NCBI GenBank assembly: GCA_963666215.2
Contig: CAXWPL010000004.1
Span: 832,001-896,000 of the forward strand
Direction of reading: 5' to 3'
Length of the DNA: 64,000 nt
From: Acidobacteriota bacterium
GTDB lineage: Bacteria; Acidobacteriota; UBA890; WLXD01
Part shown: one piece after another, positions 39,963-49,518 of the stretch
How positions within the stretch are numbered: position 1 is the stretch's first letter
Layout: each line of letters starts with the position of its first letter
Program-made: the position numbers and the translations under genes
The notes under the pieces: model-generated
Database searches by the model: none
What the model saw: the letters and a program-made list of their open reading frames with translations, nothing else
Told to the model about the DNA's origin: nothing

Positions 39963-42706
39963 TGGCGGACGAAGAGCACTTGCTTCCCGGCAGTGGGGCA
40001 CGCGACTCGGCGCGGCCAAAGTTCTTGACGCTGCTCTTGCGCCTCGCGACGCTCAGCTATCCCCGAGAGTTCCGCAGCCGGCACGGCCGCGAGCTCGTCG
40101 AGCTGACTGGCCGGCGGTGCGCCGAGGAGCGCGGCCGTCGCGGGCCCGCTGGTCAACGTGCCTACGTTGGCGCCGCAGTGCTCGACCTGATCCTTGCGGG
40201 CTTCAGGACTCGTGCGGCGGGGCGGAACGCGCGCTGGTTCCGAGGACCCCGCTCGACCTCCCCACGATTGGCTGCCCACGCGCGCCAAGAATCGAGCCTG
40301 CCTTTGAGCAACGTTTGGAGAGACCTCAGATTCGCGTTCCGCCTGCTGGTGCGCAGCCCAGGCTTCAGCCTCGCCAGCGTCACCGTGCTGGCTATCGGTA
40401 TCGGCGGCGTGACGTTGATGTTCAGCGCGCTCAACGCGGTGGTGCTGCAACCGCTGCCGTTCGAGGAGCCGGACCGGCTGGTCTGGGCCTGGGGCAGTGA
40501 CGGCACGATCACCTCCAACTCGGTCTCGGCGATCAACTACTGGGACTACCGCGAGCAGGCCAGCACGTTCGAGTCGCTGGCCGCGGTACTGGTCTTCTCG
40601 CCGCGGGCGATCATCACCGGTGGCGATGAGCCGGAGCGGGTGCTCTCAACGCAGGTGTCCTACAACTTCTTCTCGGTGCTCGGAGTCGAGCCGCAGATCG
40701 GGCGCTCGTTCGTTCTGGAGGAAGAGGACAGCGGCTCCACCCAGGTCGTGATTCTCAGCGACGGTTTTTGGCAGCGTCGCTACGGCGGCGATCCCGATGT
40801 CGTGGGACGCGGCATCACGATCAGCGGCACCACATATCAGGTTGTCGGCGTGCTGTCGCCCGACTTCGACTACCGCTCCGGGATCGAGCTGTGGTTCCCC
40901 ATGTTGCACGACGACGGCTACACGCAGGGCCGTGGCAACAACAACTTCAGTGTCTTTGGGCGCCTTGCCGACGGTGGCTCGATCGAGCAGGCACAAGACC
41001 AGGTCGACGCCATTGCCGCCAGCCTGGCGGCCGCGCACCCCGACACCAACGAGCGTTGGATTCTGCGCCTGGAATCGATGCACGGGGTGTTCGTCGGCGA
41101 TTCGCGCGAGTCGCTCGTGATCATGCTGGGACTCGTTGGTGTGCTGCTGATTGCCTGCGCCAATGTCGCCTCGCTGGCGCTGGCGCGGGCCATCACTCGG
41201 CGTACCGAAGTCGCCGTGCGACTGTCGCTCGGCGCGGCGCGCGGGCAGGTGGTGCGTCAGCTTCTGACCGAGAGAGCGCTCGTGGCGCTGGCCGGCGGTG
41301 TTGTCGGTCTGATGCTGGCTCGCGTCGGGATCGGTGTCTTGAGATCGCTCGCCCCGGCCGACCTGCCGCGGATCGAGACGATGGGTATCGACGGCACGGT
41401 GCTGGCGTTCACCTTCGCCGTGTCGCTGCTGGCAAGCCTGGTGTTCGGCATCGTGCCGGCGCTGCGCGGCACCAGCGTCTCGCTGTCCGAGACCCTCAAG
41501 GTGGGCACTTCACGAGGCGCCACGGCAGGGCGCTCCGGCCTGCGCAATTGCCTTGTGGTGGCGCAGGTAGCGTTGTCGCTGATGCTCCTGGTTGCCTCGG
41601 GACTGCTGATCCAGAGTTACGTCCGCATGCAGGGCGTGGACCCCGGTTTCGATGTGGAGCATGTCCTGAAGGCCGAGATGCAGCTGCCGTCGTGGCGCTA
41701 CGAGGAGCGGGCGCAGGTGGCGCAGGCGTGGTCCAGGCTGCACGAAAGGCTGCGTGCCGTTCCCGGCGTCGTTTCGGTGGGGGCGATCGATCAGCCACCG
41801 ATCCGCATGGGCGGCACCTACAACACCATCTATCCGGTAGACGGGCCGCCGGCAACGCCTGCCGAGGAGGCCAGCTACGCCGGCCAACGGCGCTTCGCGT
41901 CGAACGACTACTTCGAGGGCCTCGGAATCCCGATTCTCACCGGTCGTGCCTTCCTGCCGACCGACACGCTCGAGAGCCAGGCGGTTGTCGTGATCAGCAA
42001 GCGCATGGCCGACGACTACTTCGTCGGCGAGAGCCCCTTGGGCGAGGAGCTCTTTGTATGGGGCCAGAACTTCGTCGTCGTGGGTGTGGCAAGCAAAGTC
42101 CGCGAGTACGGGCTGGGCGAGGAGTTCCCGCGGGTTTTCTACATGTCCGCGGGTCAGGTGGCTCCGGGTCGCATGCAGGTGCTCATTCGCACGGCCGGCG
42201 ACCCGCTGGAAGTGGTGCCGTCGATTCGCCAGGCGGTGTGGGAGATCGACAAGGAGATCCCGATCTCGGGTGTGGAGACGATGGAGTCGCGGATCTCCGA
42301 TTCGTTGTCGCAGCCGCGTTTCCGCATGTTCCTGGTGGGCCTGTTCGCCGCGATGGCCATGGTGCTCGCCGCGATCGGTCTGTATGGGCTGCTGGCCTTC
42401 TACGTTAGAGAGCGAACCCACGAGATGGGCATTCGCGTGGCCTTGGGCGCCGCCCCCGGCAACGTTGTCGGAACCGTGGTGCGTCGCGGCATGGCGATGG
42501 TGGCGGCGGGAATCGGCATCGGTCTGGTCGGAGGCGTGGCTGCCGGCCGGCTGATGCAGGGCCTGCTGTTCGATGTGGCGCCAACCGACGCGACGACTCT
42601 GGTTGTCGGCAGCTCTTGCCTGGCCGCCGTGGCAGTCGTGGCGTGCCTGATCCCGGCGCTGCGTGCGATGCGCGTCGACCCTCAGGAAGTCCTACGAGTC
42701 GAGTAG
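39962..42706 (+). CDS. ADOP duplicated orphan ABC permease (intact)
   Basis: N-terminal YPREFRSRHGREL extension; two MacB_PCD/FtsX halves; LIACANVASL, VDPGF, EMGIRVALGA, IPALRAMRVDP; no ATPase gene nearby. Confidence 0.9.
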   Translation: MADEEHLLPGSGARDSARPKFLTLLLRLATLSYPREFRSRHGRELVELTGRRCAEERGRRGPAGQRAYVGAAVLDLILAGFRTRAAGRNARWFRGPRSTSPRLAAHARQESSLPLSNVWRDLRFAFRLLVRSPGFSLASVTVLAIGIGGVTLMFSALNAVVLQPLPFEEPDRLVWAWGSDGTITSNSVSAINYWDYREQASTFESLAAVLVFSPRAIITGGDEPERVLSTQVSYNFFSVLGVEPQIGRSFVLEEEDSGSTQVVILSDGFWQRRYGGDPDVVGRGITISGTTYQVVGVLSPDFDYRSGIELWFPMLHDDGYTQGRGNNNFSVFGRLADGGSIEQAQDQVDAIAASLAAAHPDTNERWILRLESMHGVFVGDSRESLVIMLGLVGVLLIACANVASLALARAITRRTEVAVRLSLGAARGQVVRQLLTERALVALAGGVVGLMLARVGIGVLRSLAPADLPRIETMGIDGTVLAFTFAVSLLASLVFGIVPALRGTSVSLSETLKVGTSRGATAGRSGLRNCLVVAQVALSLMLLVASGLLIQSYVRMQGVDPGFDVEHVLKAEMQLPSWRYEERAQVAQAWSRLHERLRAVPGVVSVGAIDQPPIRMGGTYNTIYPVDGPPATPAEEASYAGQRRFASNDYFEGLGIPILTGRAFLPTDTLESQAVVVISKRMADDYFVGESPLGEELFVWGQNFVVVGVASKVREYGLGEEFPRVFYMSAGQVAPGRMQVLIRTAGDPLEVVPSIRQAVWEIDKEIPISGVETMESRISDSLSQPRFRMFLVGLFAAMAMVLAAIGLYGLLAFYVRERTHEMGIRVALGAAPGNVVGTVVRRGMAMVAAGIGIGLVGGVAAGRLMQGLLFDVAPTDATTLVVGSSCLAAVAVVACLIPALRAMRVDPQEVLRVE

Positions 42707-43120
42707 CAGGCCGCGGATCCGCGCAACCAGAGGCGGCGACGTGGTGGTTGGGCTGAGTGGGTTGGGAGGCGCCTCCGCATCGTCCGTCGAGTCGATGAGG
42801 CGGCCGCGCAGCAACGGGATGCGCAGTGCCTCGAAGTAGCCGGGTGTCACCAGCTGATAGCCAGCGGCCGGCTGCTCATTTTCCTTCTGCGACATTCCTT
42901 CCACTGAGATCCATAACGTGCCGCGCATGTTCCAGCGCATGGGCAAGGTGAGCACGCCGCCGGCTTTCTCGACCTCGGGGTAGGAGCGCAAGCGCTCCAG
43001 CAGCTCGTCGTAGAGGCCGCGAACGTCCTCATCCTCCGGATAGCTCTGATCCGGCAAGGCGAGGTTTGCGACCACTGTTCCGTTCGGGTCGAAGCCCGGG
43101 TCGACCGCCGTGAGGAGCAC
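42692..43120 (-). pseudogene. Internal fragment of another ADOP permease
   Basis: LTAVDPGFDPNG...VTPGYFEALRIPLLRGR...DAEAPP only; both ends are missing. Confidence 0.8.
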
Positions 43121-43238
43121 CTATCAGGTAACGTGGGCCGACTCGGGGTCAGGAGCGCTGAGGTCCGACAGCGCGAGCGGTTGGGGCCGAGGTCGGACTT
43201 GACGAAGACCGCATGGTTGCCTAGCCGAAAGGGCCGAC

Positions 43239-44114
43239 ATGGAGCAACTAGCTCAGCTGTACCAACAGCCGATGGTGGGTCGCGCGGTGAATGTCGCGTT
43301 GATCGTGGTGATCGGCGCGGTGGCGTGGGCGTTGATCGGCCGGTTTGCGAGTCGACTCGAGAGCGTTCTGCTGCGGCCGCACGAGGGTGCGCCCGGCGAC
43401 GGGCTCAAGCGGCGGCAGGCGTTGGCCAACGTGGTGCGCTACGCGGCGAAGGCGCTTGTGGTCGTGGTCGTACTGTCGGCCGTGCTCAACCAGTTCGGGA
43501 TCGACCTCGGTCCGCTCCTCGGCACGGCCGGCATCGCCGGCCTGGTGATCGGCTTCGGCGCCCAGAACCTGCTGCGCGATTTCTTCGCCGGGATCTTTGT
43601 TCTGCTCGAATCGCAATACGGCGTAGGCGACTTCGTGGCGATTGGCGGGGTTAGTGGCACCGTCGAGCGCATCACCCTGCGGATGACGCAGTTGCGCGAC
43701 GGCCACGGTAACGTTCACATCGTGCCGAACGGCGAGATCAAGGTGGTGACGAACAAGACGCGCCTGTGGGGCAATGCGGTGCTCGATGTCGGCGTCGGGT
43801 ATGGAGAGGACATCGATCGCGTGATGACCGTGATGGCCGAAGTCGGCGACGAGTTGACGCGCGACGAGGCCTGGACCGCGGCCCTCCTCGAGCCTCTCCG
43901 GGTCGCCGGAGTGCAGGATCTGGCCGATTCGGCTGTCGTGATACGCATGTCGGTCAAAACGACGCCTGAGGAGCGCTGGAGCGTGCTGCGCGAGTTGCGT
44001 CGGCGTGTGAAGAATCGGTTCGACGCCGAGGGGATCGAGATTCCCTTCCCACAGATTCAAGTCCACAACGCGGGCGATAACTCGCGCACAGCAGCGGTGG
44101 GAGAAAGCACGTGA
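43239..44114 (+). CDS. Small-conductance mechanosensitive channel (MscS family)
   Basis: IGFGAQNLLRDFFAG, GTVERITLRMT, VPNGEI, GIEIPFP. Confidence 0.92.
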   Translation: MEQLAQLYQQPMVGRAVNVALIVVIGAVAWALIGRFASRLESVLLRPHEGAPGDGLKRRQALANVVRYAAKALVVVVVLSAVLNQFGIDLGPLLGTAGIAGLVIGFGAQNLLRDFFAGIFVLLESQYGVGDFVAIGGVSGTVERITLRMTQLRDGHGNVHIVPNGEIKVVTNKTRLWGNAVLDVGVGYGEDIDRVMTVMAEVGDELTRDEAWTAALLEPLRVAGVQDLADSAVVIRMSVKTTPEERWSVLRELRRRVKNRFDAEGIEIPFPQIQVHNAGDNSRTAAVGEST

Positions 44115-44359
44115 CGGGAATGAAGAGGGCCGTTATCTTGGCGGCGTTGTTGTGGGTTGCCGCGATCTCGTCCGGGCCCGCGGCGAGCGCACAACAGACT
44201 GCGGTCGCCGACCTGGTGATCCGCAACGGCAAGGTCGTCACGCTCTCTGGCGTCGGCGACGGTGCGCCCGAGGCGCAGGCTGTTGCGATCGATCGGATCC
44301 ACGGCTCGTGGCGGAGAGGCAGATCGACGCATTCAGTCGTCACGATATCGACTCGATAG
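44111..44359 (+). pseudogene. N-terminal remnant of a secreted amidohydrolase (YtcJ-like)
   Basis: Signal peptide + ADLVIRNGKVVT...AQAVAI, after which homology stops. Confidence 0.65.
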
Positions 44360-44492
44360 CGGGGACCTACCCGTCGGAGCGCTGATCGCGCAAGCGGCGC
44401 TCCTCGCGACACGATCAATCTGCTAGATTCTCGGGGCTTTCTGCGCACCCCCCTCGCCGAGCGGGAAAGAACAGAGAAGGAGCAACACGCCC

Positions 44493-45485
44493 GTGCTGAG
44501 CGTTGGTGTGCTGGGGTTTGGTTATTGGGGGCCGAATATCGCCCGCGCGATAGCCGCGAGCGATATGGCCTCGTTGACCGCTATATGCGACACCGACCGC
44601 CTGGCCCGAGCGGCCGCCTCGCGGGCCCATCCCCACGCCTCCGTGGTCGCCACGTACGAGGAGCTGCTGGCTCTGCCGGTAGATGTGGTGGCGATCGCCA
44701 CCCCGGTCTTGTCGCATTTCGAGCTGGCGTCGGCCGCCCTTCGTGCTGGCAAGCACGTGTTCGTCGAGAAGCCCTTCACCTCTACGAGCGAGCAGGCCAT
44801 GCGACTCGTGGACTTGGCCGCGCACACACGGTTGTCGGTGATGGTGGGCCACATCTTCTTGTTCACACCGCAGGTGCGGCGAGTCGCCGAGTCGGGGCTC
44901 GGGCGCCTGACAACGATTGAGTCGACGCGACTGAACGCAGGTCCGATTCGCGCCGACGTCAACGTGATTTGGGATCTCGCGGCACACGATTTCTCGATCG
45001 TCGACCATGTCGTCAGCGATCGGCCGACCGCGGTTTCGGCCACTGGACAGCGCGTGCTCGGCGGCGAGCAGGAGGACGTTGCGTCGATCAAGGTGTATTT
45101 CGCCAGCGGTGTCGTCGGCCGCTTCGACGTGAGTTGGATCGCTCCTCAGCGCACCCGCGAATTGGTCCTTGTCGGCAGCGAGCGGAAGCTCGTATGGGAT
45201 GGCGGCGACACCGTGGGGAAGTCGCTCTACGTTGTCGAGCGCGATCGAGAGAAGGTCGAGCAGGTGTGCGAGGGTCAGGGCGAGGGCATGGACTCAGTCG
45301 GTGGCGACGGTGTGTCTCGAGAGCCACTGTGGGTGGAGCTCGACTATTTCTTCGACTGCGTGAATGCCGGCCGACAACCGCACAATGACGCGGAGGCCGG
45401 CCTGCGGAACGTGCAGTCACTCGAAGCCACAACTCGATCGTTGACGCTCGCGGGCGAACCGATCGAGCTCGGGGCGCTCGTGTGA
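44493..45485 (+). CDS. Gfo/Idh/MocA oxidoreductase (nucleotide-sugar pathway type)
   Basis: GFGYWGPN, HVFVEKP, VIWDLAAHD. Confidence 0.88.
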   Translation: MLSVGVLGFGYWGPNIARAIAASDMASLTAICDTDRLARAAASRAHPHASVVATYEELLALPVDVVAIATPVLSHFELASAALRAGKHVFVEKPFTSTSEQAMRLVDLAAHTRLSVMVGHIFLFTPQVRRVAESGLGRLTTIESTRLNAGPIRADVNVIWDLAAHDFSIVDHVVSDRPTAVSATGQRVLGGEQEDVASIKVYFASGVVGRFDVSWIAPQRTRELVLVGSERKLVWDGGDTVGKSLYVVERDREKVEQVCEGQGEGMDSVGGDGVSREPLWVELDYFFDCVNAGRQPHNDAEAGLRNVQSLEATTRSLTLAGEPIELGALV

Positions 45486-45790
45486 GCGAGCGGACCGGAT
45501 CGAGTCCGGGTATCGACGACGGCGCGATGGAGGAGTCGACGATCCCCGCGGTGTATGTGCATCCGTCTGCCATCGTCGAGACTTCCGAGATCGGTCCGGG
45601 TACTCAGGTGTGGGCGTTCGCCCACGTGCTCGCCGGGGCGCGGGTGGGCGGAGAGTGCAATCTGGGAGATCACTGCTACATCGAGGGCGGTGTGGTGATC
45701 GGCTATCTGCAGGCGTTCGTAGCGGCCGATCCCGCCACCCTTCCGCCACGCGCTGCCAGCGCTCCGCCCCCGTCGCCGGCCACTGACTGA
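45482..45790 (+). pseudogene. Truncated hexapeptide-repeat N-acetyltransferase (WbpD-like)
   Basis: VYVHPSAIVE...IGPGTQVWAFAHVL...CNLGDHCYIEGGVVIG, then unrelated sequence. Confidence 0.75.
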
Positions 45791-45804
45791 TCGCGGTGAA
45801 ATTC

Positions 45805-46458
45805 CTACAGAGCACCCGTTCCCGAGATCACCGCGCGCGGCGTGCGCGCCAGGATCTTCAGGTCGAGCCACAGCGAGCGCCGGCGAGCGTAGTCAACGTC
45901 GAGCCGCACCATGTCGTCGAACGCCACGCGTGAGCGTCCTTCGATTTGCCATAGTCCGGTCATCCCAGGGCGCACCGACAAGCGTTCGCGATGCCACGGC
46001 TCGTACAGCTCGACCTCGTAGGGCAGCGACGGGCGGGGCCCGACGAGACTCATATCGCCACGCAGCACGTTGACCAGCTGTGGCAACTCGTCGAGGCTGG
46101 CGCGACGCAAGAAACCACCGAGTCGCGTAATGCGCGGATCGTCGGTGAGCTTGCGGACACGCGAGCCGGAGCGCGTGCCAGGGTTGTGATCGTCCACACC
46201 GCGCACCAAGTCGTGGACGTAGCTCTCGTGCGGCCCGGGATCCGCGTCGACGATCATCGTGCGCAACTTCCAGCACTCGAAAAGCTGGCCGTCGCGGCCC
46301 ACTCGCGTTTGCCGAAAAATCGCCGCACCTGGAGACTCGAGGCGGATGGCGAGGCCAGCAACAAGCAGCAACGGCGTCGTCAGGATGAGCCCGATCGACG
46401 ACACGGTGATGTCGAGCAAGCGCTTGATCAGGTTGCCGGCCGGCTCGCTAGCCGGCAT
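45805..46458 (-). CDS. Priming sugar transferase (Bac_transf, WcaJ/PglC-like)
   Basis: [39 protein letters not shown]. Confidence 0.9.
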   Translation of the reverse strand: MPASEPAGNLIKRLLDITVSSIGLILTTPLLLVAGLAIRLESPGAAIFRQTRVGRDGQLFECWKLRTMIVDADPGPHESYVHDLVRGVDDHNPGTRSGSRVRKLTDDPRITRLGGFLRRASLDELPQLVNVLRGDMSLVGPRPSLPYEVELYEPWHRERLSVRPGMTGLWQIEGRSRVAFDDMVRLDVDYARRRSLWLDLKILARTPRAVISGTGAL

Positions 46459-46654
46459 CGAGGAAGCTCGGCAGTCTCGATGAGAGCGTCGCGGGAGCGG
46501 TCGAGGGCGCGACCTCGTCCGTGGTGTGGTCGACGAACAACGCCGAGGCCGAGGCGACCAGGAGGAGCGCCGCCAGAAGCCAGAGCGCGAACGCCAGGTC
46601 CGGGTCGGGTCTCGGTTGCGGAGGAGGCTGAAGGAGTCGTTGTGGCTCGTCCAC
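46448..46654 (-). CDS. Small single-TM hypothetical protein or remnant
   Basis: 68-aa ORF with one hydrophobic helix, overlapping the sugar transferase start. Confidence 0.3.
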   Translation of the reverse strand: MDEPQRLLQPPPQPRPDPDLAFALWLLAALLLVASASALFVDHTTDEVAPSTAPATLSSRLPSFLDAG

Positions 46655-46706
46655 TGACGTTTCGGGTTCGTTGCGAGCTTGGGCGGAGTTGACTCTTGGT
46701 TGTCAG

Positions 46707-47447
46707 TTACGACGAGTCTGCGGCCGAGAACAAGAGAGCGATGCGTTGCTGGATCGCTGCCGCGGCCGCCGCTGGGTCGGGCGCGGCCTTGATCGGTCGG
46801 CCGACAACAATGTAGTCGGCGCCAGCGTGGAACGCTTCTTCGATGTCGACGGTTCGCTTCTGGTCGTCGGCGGTCACGCGGTTGTCGCCGGGGCGGATGC
46901 CGGGCACCACGGCAATCAGGCCGTCTCCGGTTTCGCGTCGCAGGGCGGCGACTTCGAGTCCCGACGACACGATGCCGTCGCATCCGAGCGCCAGCGCGCG
47001 CCGCGCTCGGGAAAGTACGACGTCGCTGATCTCGACGCGAAAGCCCAGGTCGTCCATGTCGGCCTCGTCGAGGCTGGTGAGGACGGTGACGGCGAGCACG
47101 CCGACATCACCCTTGGCCTCGACGGCCGCTTCGAGAAGCGCATCGTTGCCATGCACCGTGCAGAAATCGACGCCGTGCTCCGACAGACGCCGTACGGCCC
47201 GTCCCACTGTTGCCGGTACATCGAACAGCTTGAGGTCGGTGAAGATCTTCTTGCCACGCTGCCGCAACCACGCCACGAGCTCGAAATAACCGTCACCCAT
47301 GAAGAGCTCGAGCCCAAGCTTGTAGAACACTACGTTGTCGCCAAGCGTCCCGGCGAGTGCTTTGGCCTCGGCCGCGCTCGGCACGTCCATGGCGAACATG
47401 AGGCGCTCGTTTGCCGGAATCGGTTTGGTCGACAGGAACGACTTCAT
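46707..47447 (-). CDS. pyrF: Orotidine-5'-phosphate decarboxylase
   Basis: DLKLFDVPATV, VTVLTS, PGIR, IVVGRPI. Confidence 0.96.
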   Translation of the reverse strand: MKSFLSTKPIPANERLMFAMDVPSAAEAKALAGTLGDNVVFYKLGLELFMGDGYFELVAWLRQRGKKIFTDLKLFDVPATVGRAVRRLSEHGVDFCTVHGNDALLEAAVEAKGDVGVLAVTVLTSLDEADMDDLGFRVEISDVVLSRARRALALGCDGIVSSGLEVAALRRETGDGLIAVVPGIRPGDNRVTADDQKRTVDIEEAFHAGADYIVVGRPIKAAPDPAAAAAAIQQRIALLFSAADSS

Positions 47448-47468
47448 GGTGACAGTTACTCGCGAACG

Positions 47469-48803
47469 TCAGGCGGTGGCCGCCGTGGTCGAGGGGATCG
47501 AGGGTCGGCCTGGATCGTAGTGTGGCCCGGTGTCCTCCGAAAGTTCCTCCGGACGCGGCCAGAGCGCAGCAGTGACGAAGAAAATCCAGAAGATGCCGGG
47601 GTGGAACAGCAACGACTCCCCGAGGTTGGCCGCCGCGAGAAAAAGCAAGATGGTCAGCGGCCAGAGGTCGAGCCTGTCGCGTCGCCAGCGACAGATCGAG
47701 GCGGCGCGCCAGAACACGCCGATCGCCAGCGCGGCGAACAGCAGGCTGCCGACAAAGCCGAACTGGAGCCAGATATCGACATAGTTGTTGTGCGCGTGCT
47801 CCATGCGCCAGCCGAGCCTCCTCCACATCTGCGCCACGAGCCGACCGTGACCCTCCCAGAAGCCTCCGTAACCCCAGCCCAGCCACGGCCGCTGCCAGGC
47901 GGCGTCGATGACCATCCTCCAAAGGGGCACCCGCCCTGTGAAGGTCAACTCGCGGCCGATGAGACCTAGAGCGCGCTCGGCCGAACCTACTGCGATCGTC
48001 ACGAGAAGTGCTCCCAGCACCAGCAGGCCGCCGCGCCAAGCCGAGGATCGGACTCGCTGCCAGGCAAGGACGCCCAGCAACGCGAGCGCCGTCACCCCCG
48101 CCGCCAGCTGCGAGACGCGCGAGTCCGACATCACCAGCAGCAGCGTCGCCCCCGAGAGCCCGGCCCAGCTCCAGACGTCGCGCGGGCGCGCTCCGAGACG
48201 CACCGCAAACACCAAGAGCGCCAGGGCCATCATCGATCCCAAGACATTCTTGTGGGTGAAGGCGCCACGCCAGACGACGACCGGATCCGTACCTTCGAGC
48301 ATCAAGTCGTCGAGGCGTGAGACGCGGTCGGGGACGACGACGATCATGAGCAGGTTCACCAAGATCACGGCGGCGAGCGCCATCGACAGCAGCCGCAGCA
48401 GCTCATGGCGTGGGAAGCGGGCGACGACGTAGGCGCCGAACAGAGTCTTGCCGACGAGCCCCGCGCCGCGGCGCAATGTTGAGCTCGGCTCGGCCGACCA
48501 GAGCACGGAGGCCAGGACGAAGGCCACGAAGACCCACAAGAGCGGATTGCGCCGTGCAACCGCGATCACCGCACGACCGTGGATCAGGGCGATGGTAGCG
48601 GTTAGCAGGTAAATGACTGCCCAGTGGGCATAGTGCGGCAGGTCGTACTTGAAGATCATTGTCGAGAGCACCAGCACGACGACGACGAACGGCATTTCGA
48701 CGAGCCGCAGGCGTTCGCTCAGCACGGGAGCCGGGCCCGCTGACACAGCAACGACGGCTCGATCGGCAGGGAGAAGAGGAGGCTCGCGCGGTGGTTCGGT
48801 CAT
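47469..48803 (-). CDS. O-antigen ligase/ExoQ-like polysaccharide polymerase
   Basis: WRGAFTHKN, TFTGRVPLW, GWGYGGFW, HAHNNY; multi-TM. Confidence 0.85.
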   Translation of the reverse strand: MTEPPREPPLLPADRAVVAVSAGPAPVLSERLRLVEMPFVVVVLVLSTMIFKYDLPHYAHWAVIYLLTATIALIHGRAVIAVARRNPLLWVFVAFVLASVLWSAEPSSTLRRGAGLVGKTLFGAYVVARFPRHELLRLLSMALAAVILVNLLMIVVVPDRVSRLDDLMLEGTDPVVVWRGAFTHKNVLGSMMALALLVFAVRLGARPRDVWSWAGLSGATLLLVMSDSRVSQLAAGVTALALLGVLAWQRVRSSAWRGGLLVLGALLVTIAVGSAERALGLIGRELTFTGRVPLWRMVIDAAWQRPWLGWGYGGFWEGHGRLVAQMWRRLGWRMEHAHNNYVDIWLQFGFVGSLLFAALAIGVFWRAASICRWRRDRLDLWPLTILLFLAAANLGESLLFHPGIFWIFFVTAALWPRPEELSEDTGPHYDPGRPSIPSTTAATA

Positions 48804-48852
48804 CTGGCGCGCATCGTAGTGAGGTGACCTTCTCGCGACAAGCTCGCCGGCG

Positions 48853-49287
48853 CTAGCGATAGCCTGTGATGTACGTCTCGAGGTCGCGAATGGTCATCTC
48901 GCGCTCCGAGATGATCGACTTGACGACGTCTCCGATCGAGATCACGCCGACGAGCTCCGCCCCGTTCAGTACCGGGAGATGACGCACTCGCCGCGTGGTC
49001 ATCAGCGCCATGCAGTTGTCGAGCGTGCTCGAAGGACCGACCTTGACGGTCACTTTCGTCATGATCTCTCGTACCGGCGTGTTACGAGAGCGCTTGCCCT
49101 CCAGCGCGAGCTTCCGGGCGTAGTCTCGCTCCGAGACGATTCCGGCCAGGGCGCCCTCTTCGAGCACAAGTAGGGCTCCACACCGATGCTCCGCCATGAC
49201 CTCGAGCGCCTTGAAGACACTCTCGTCCGGCGTCACCGACCAAACGTCGGTGCCCTTCTCGAGTAGCAGTTGGCGTACGGTTGTCAT
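48853..49287 (-). CDS. CBS-pair protein
   Basis: GIVSERDY, RHLPV, GVISIGDVVK. Confidence 0.92.
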   Translation of the reverse strand: MTTVRQLLLEKGTDVWSVTPDESVFKALEVMAEHRCGALLVLEEGALAGIVSERDYARKLALEGKRSRNTPVREIMTKVTVKVGPSSTLDNCMALMTTRRVRHLPVLNGAELVGVISIGDVVKSIISEREMTIRDLETYITGYR

Positions 49288-49518
49288 CGCCTGCGACGGA
49301 AAGCCGTGCCGGTCCGGTTCGCTTGCATAGCGAACACGCCGACGGCGGCCAACTACCCACCCCGGCGGGGATCGTGCCCTACGCGTAGGCGTGCTTTCAA
49401 GGGGGTCAGAAGATTCCCCCTGCTTGTCGGGCTCGAGCGAACAGCATCAGCGAGCTGTTCGGCGTCAAACAGCGGATTCGGAACGCCAGCGTACGCCGCG
49501 CTCGGGCCTCGCGCCGCG

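Noticed and set aside
49290-49518. Small ORFs or ncRNA between the CBS and DUF1501 genes
   Set aside because: Short hairpins and frames are present but match nothing I recognise, so this is probably promoter/UTR sequence
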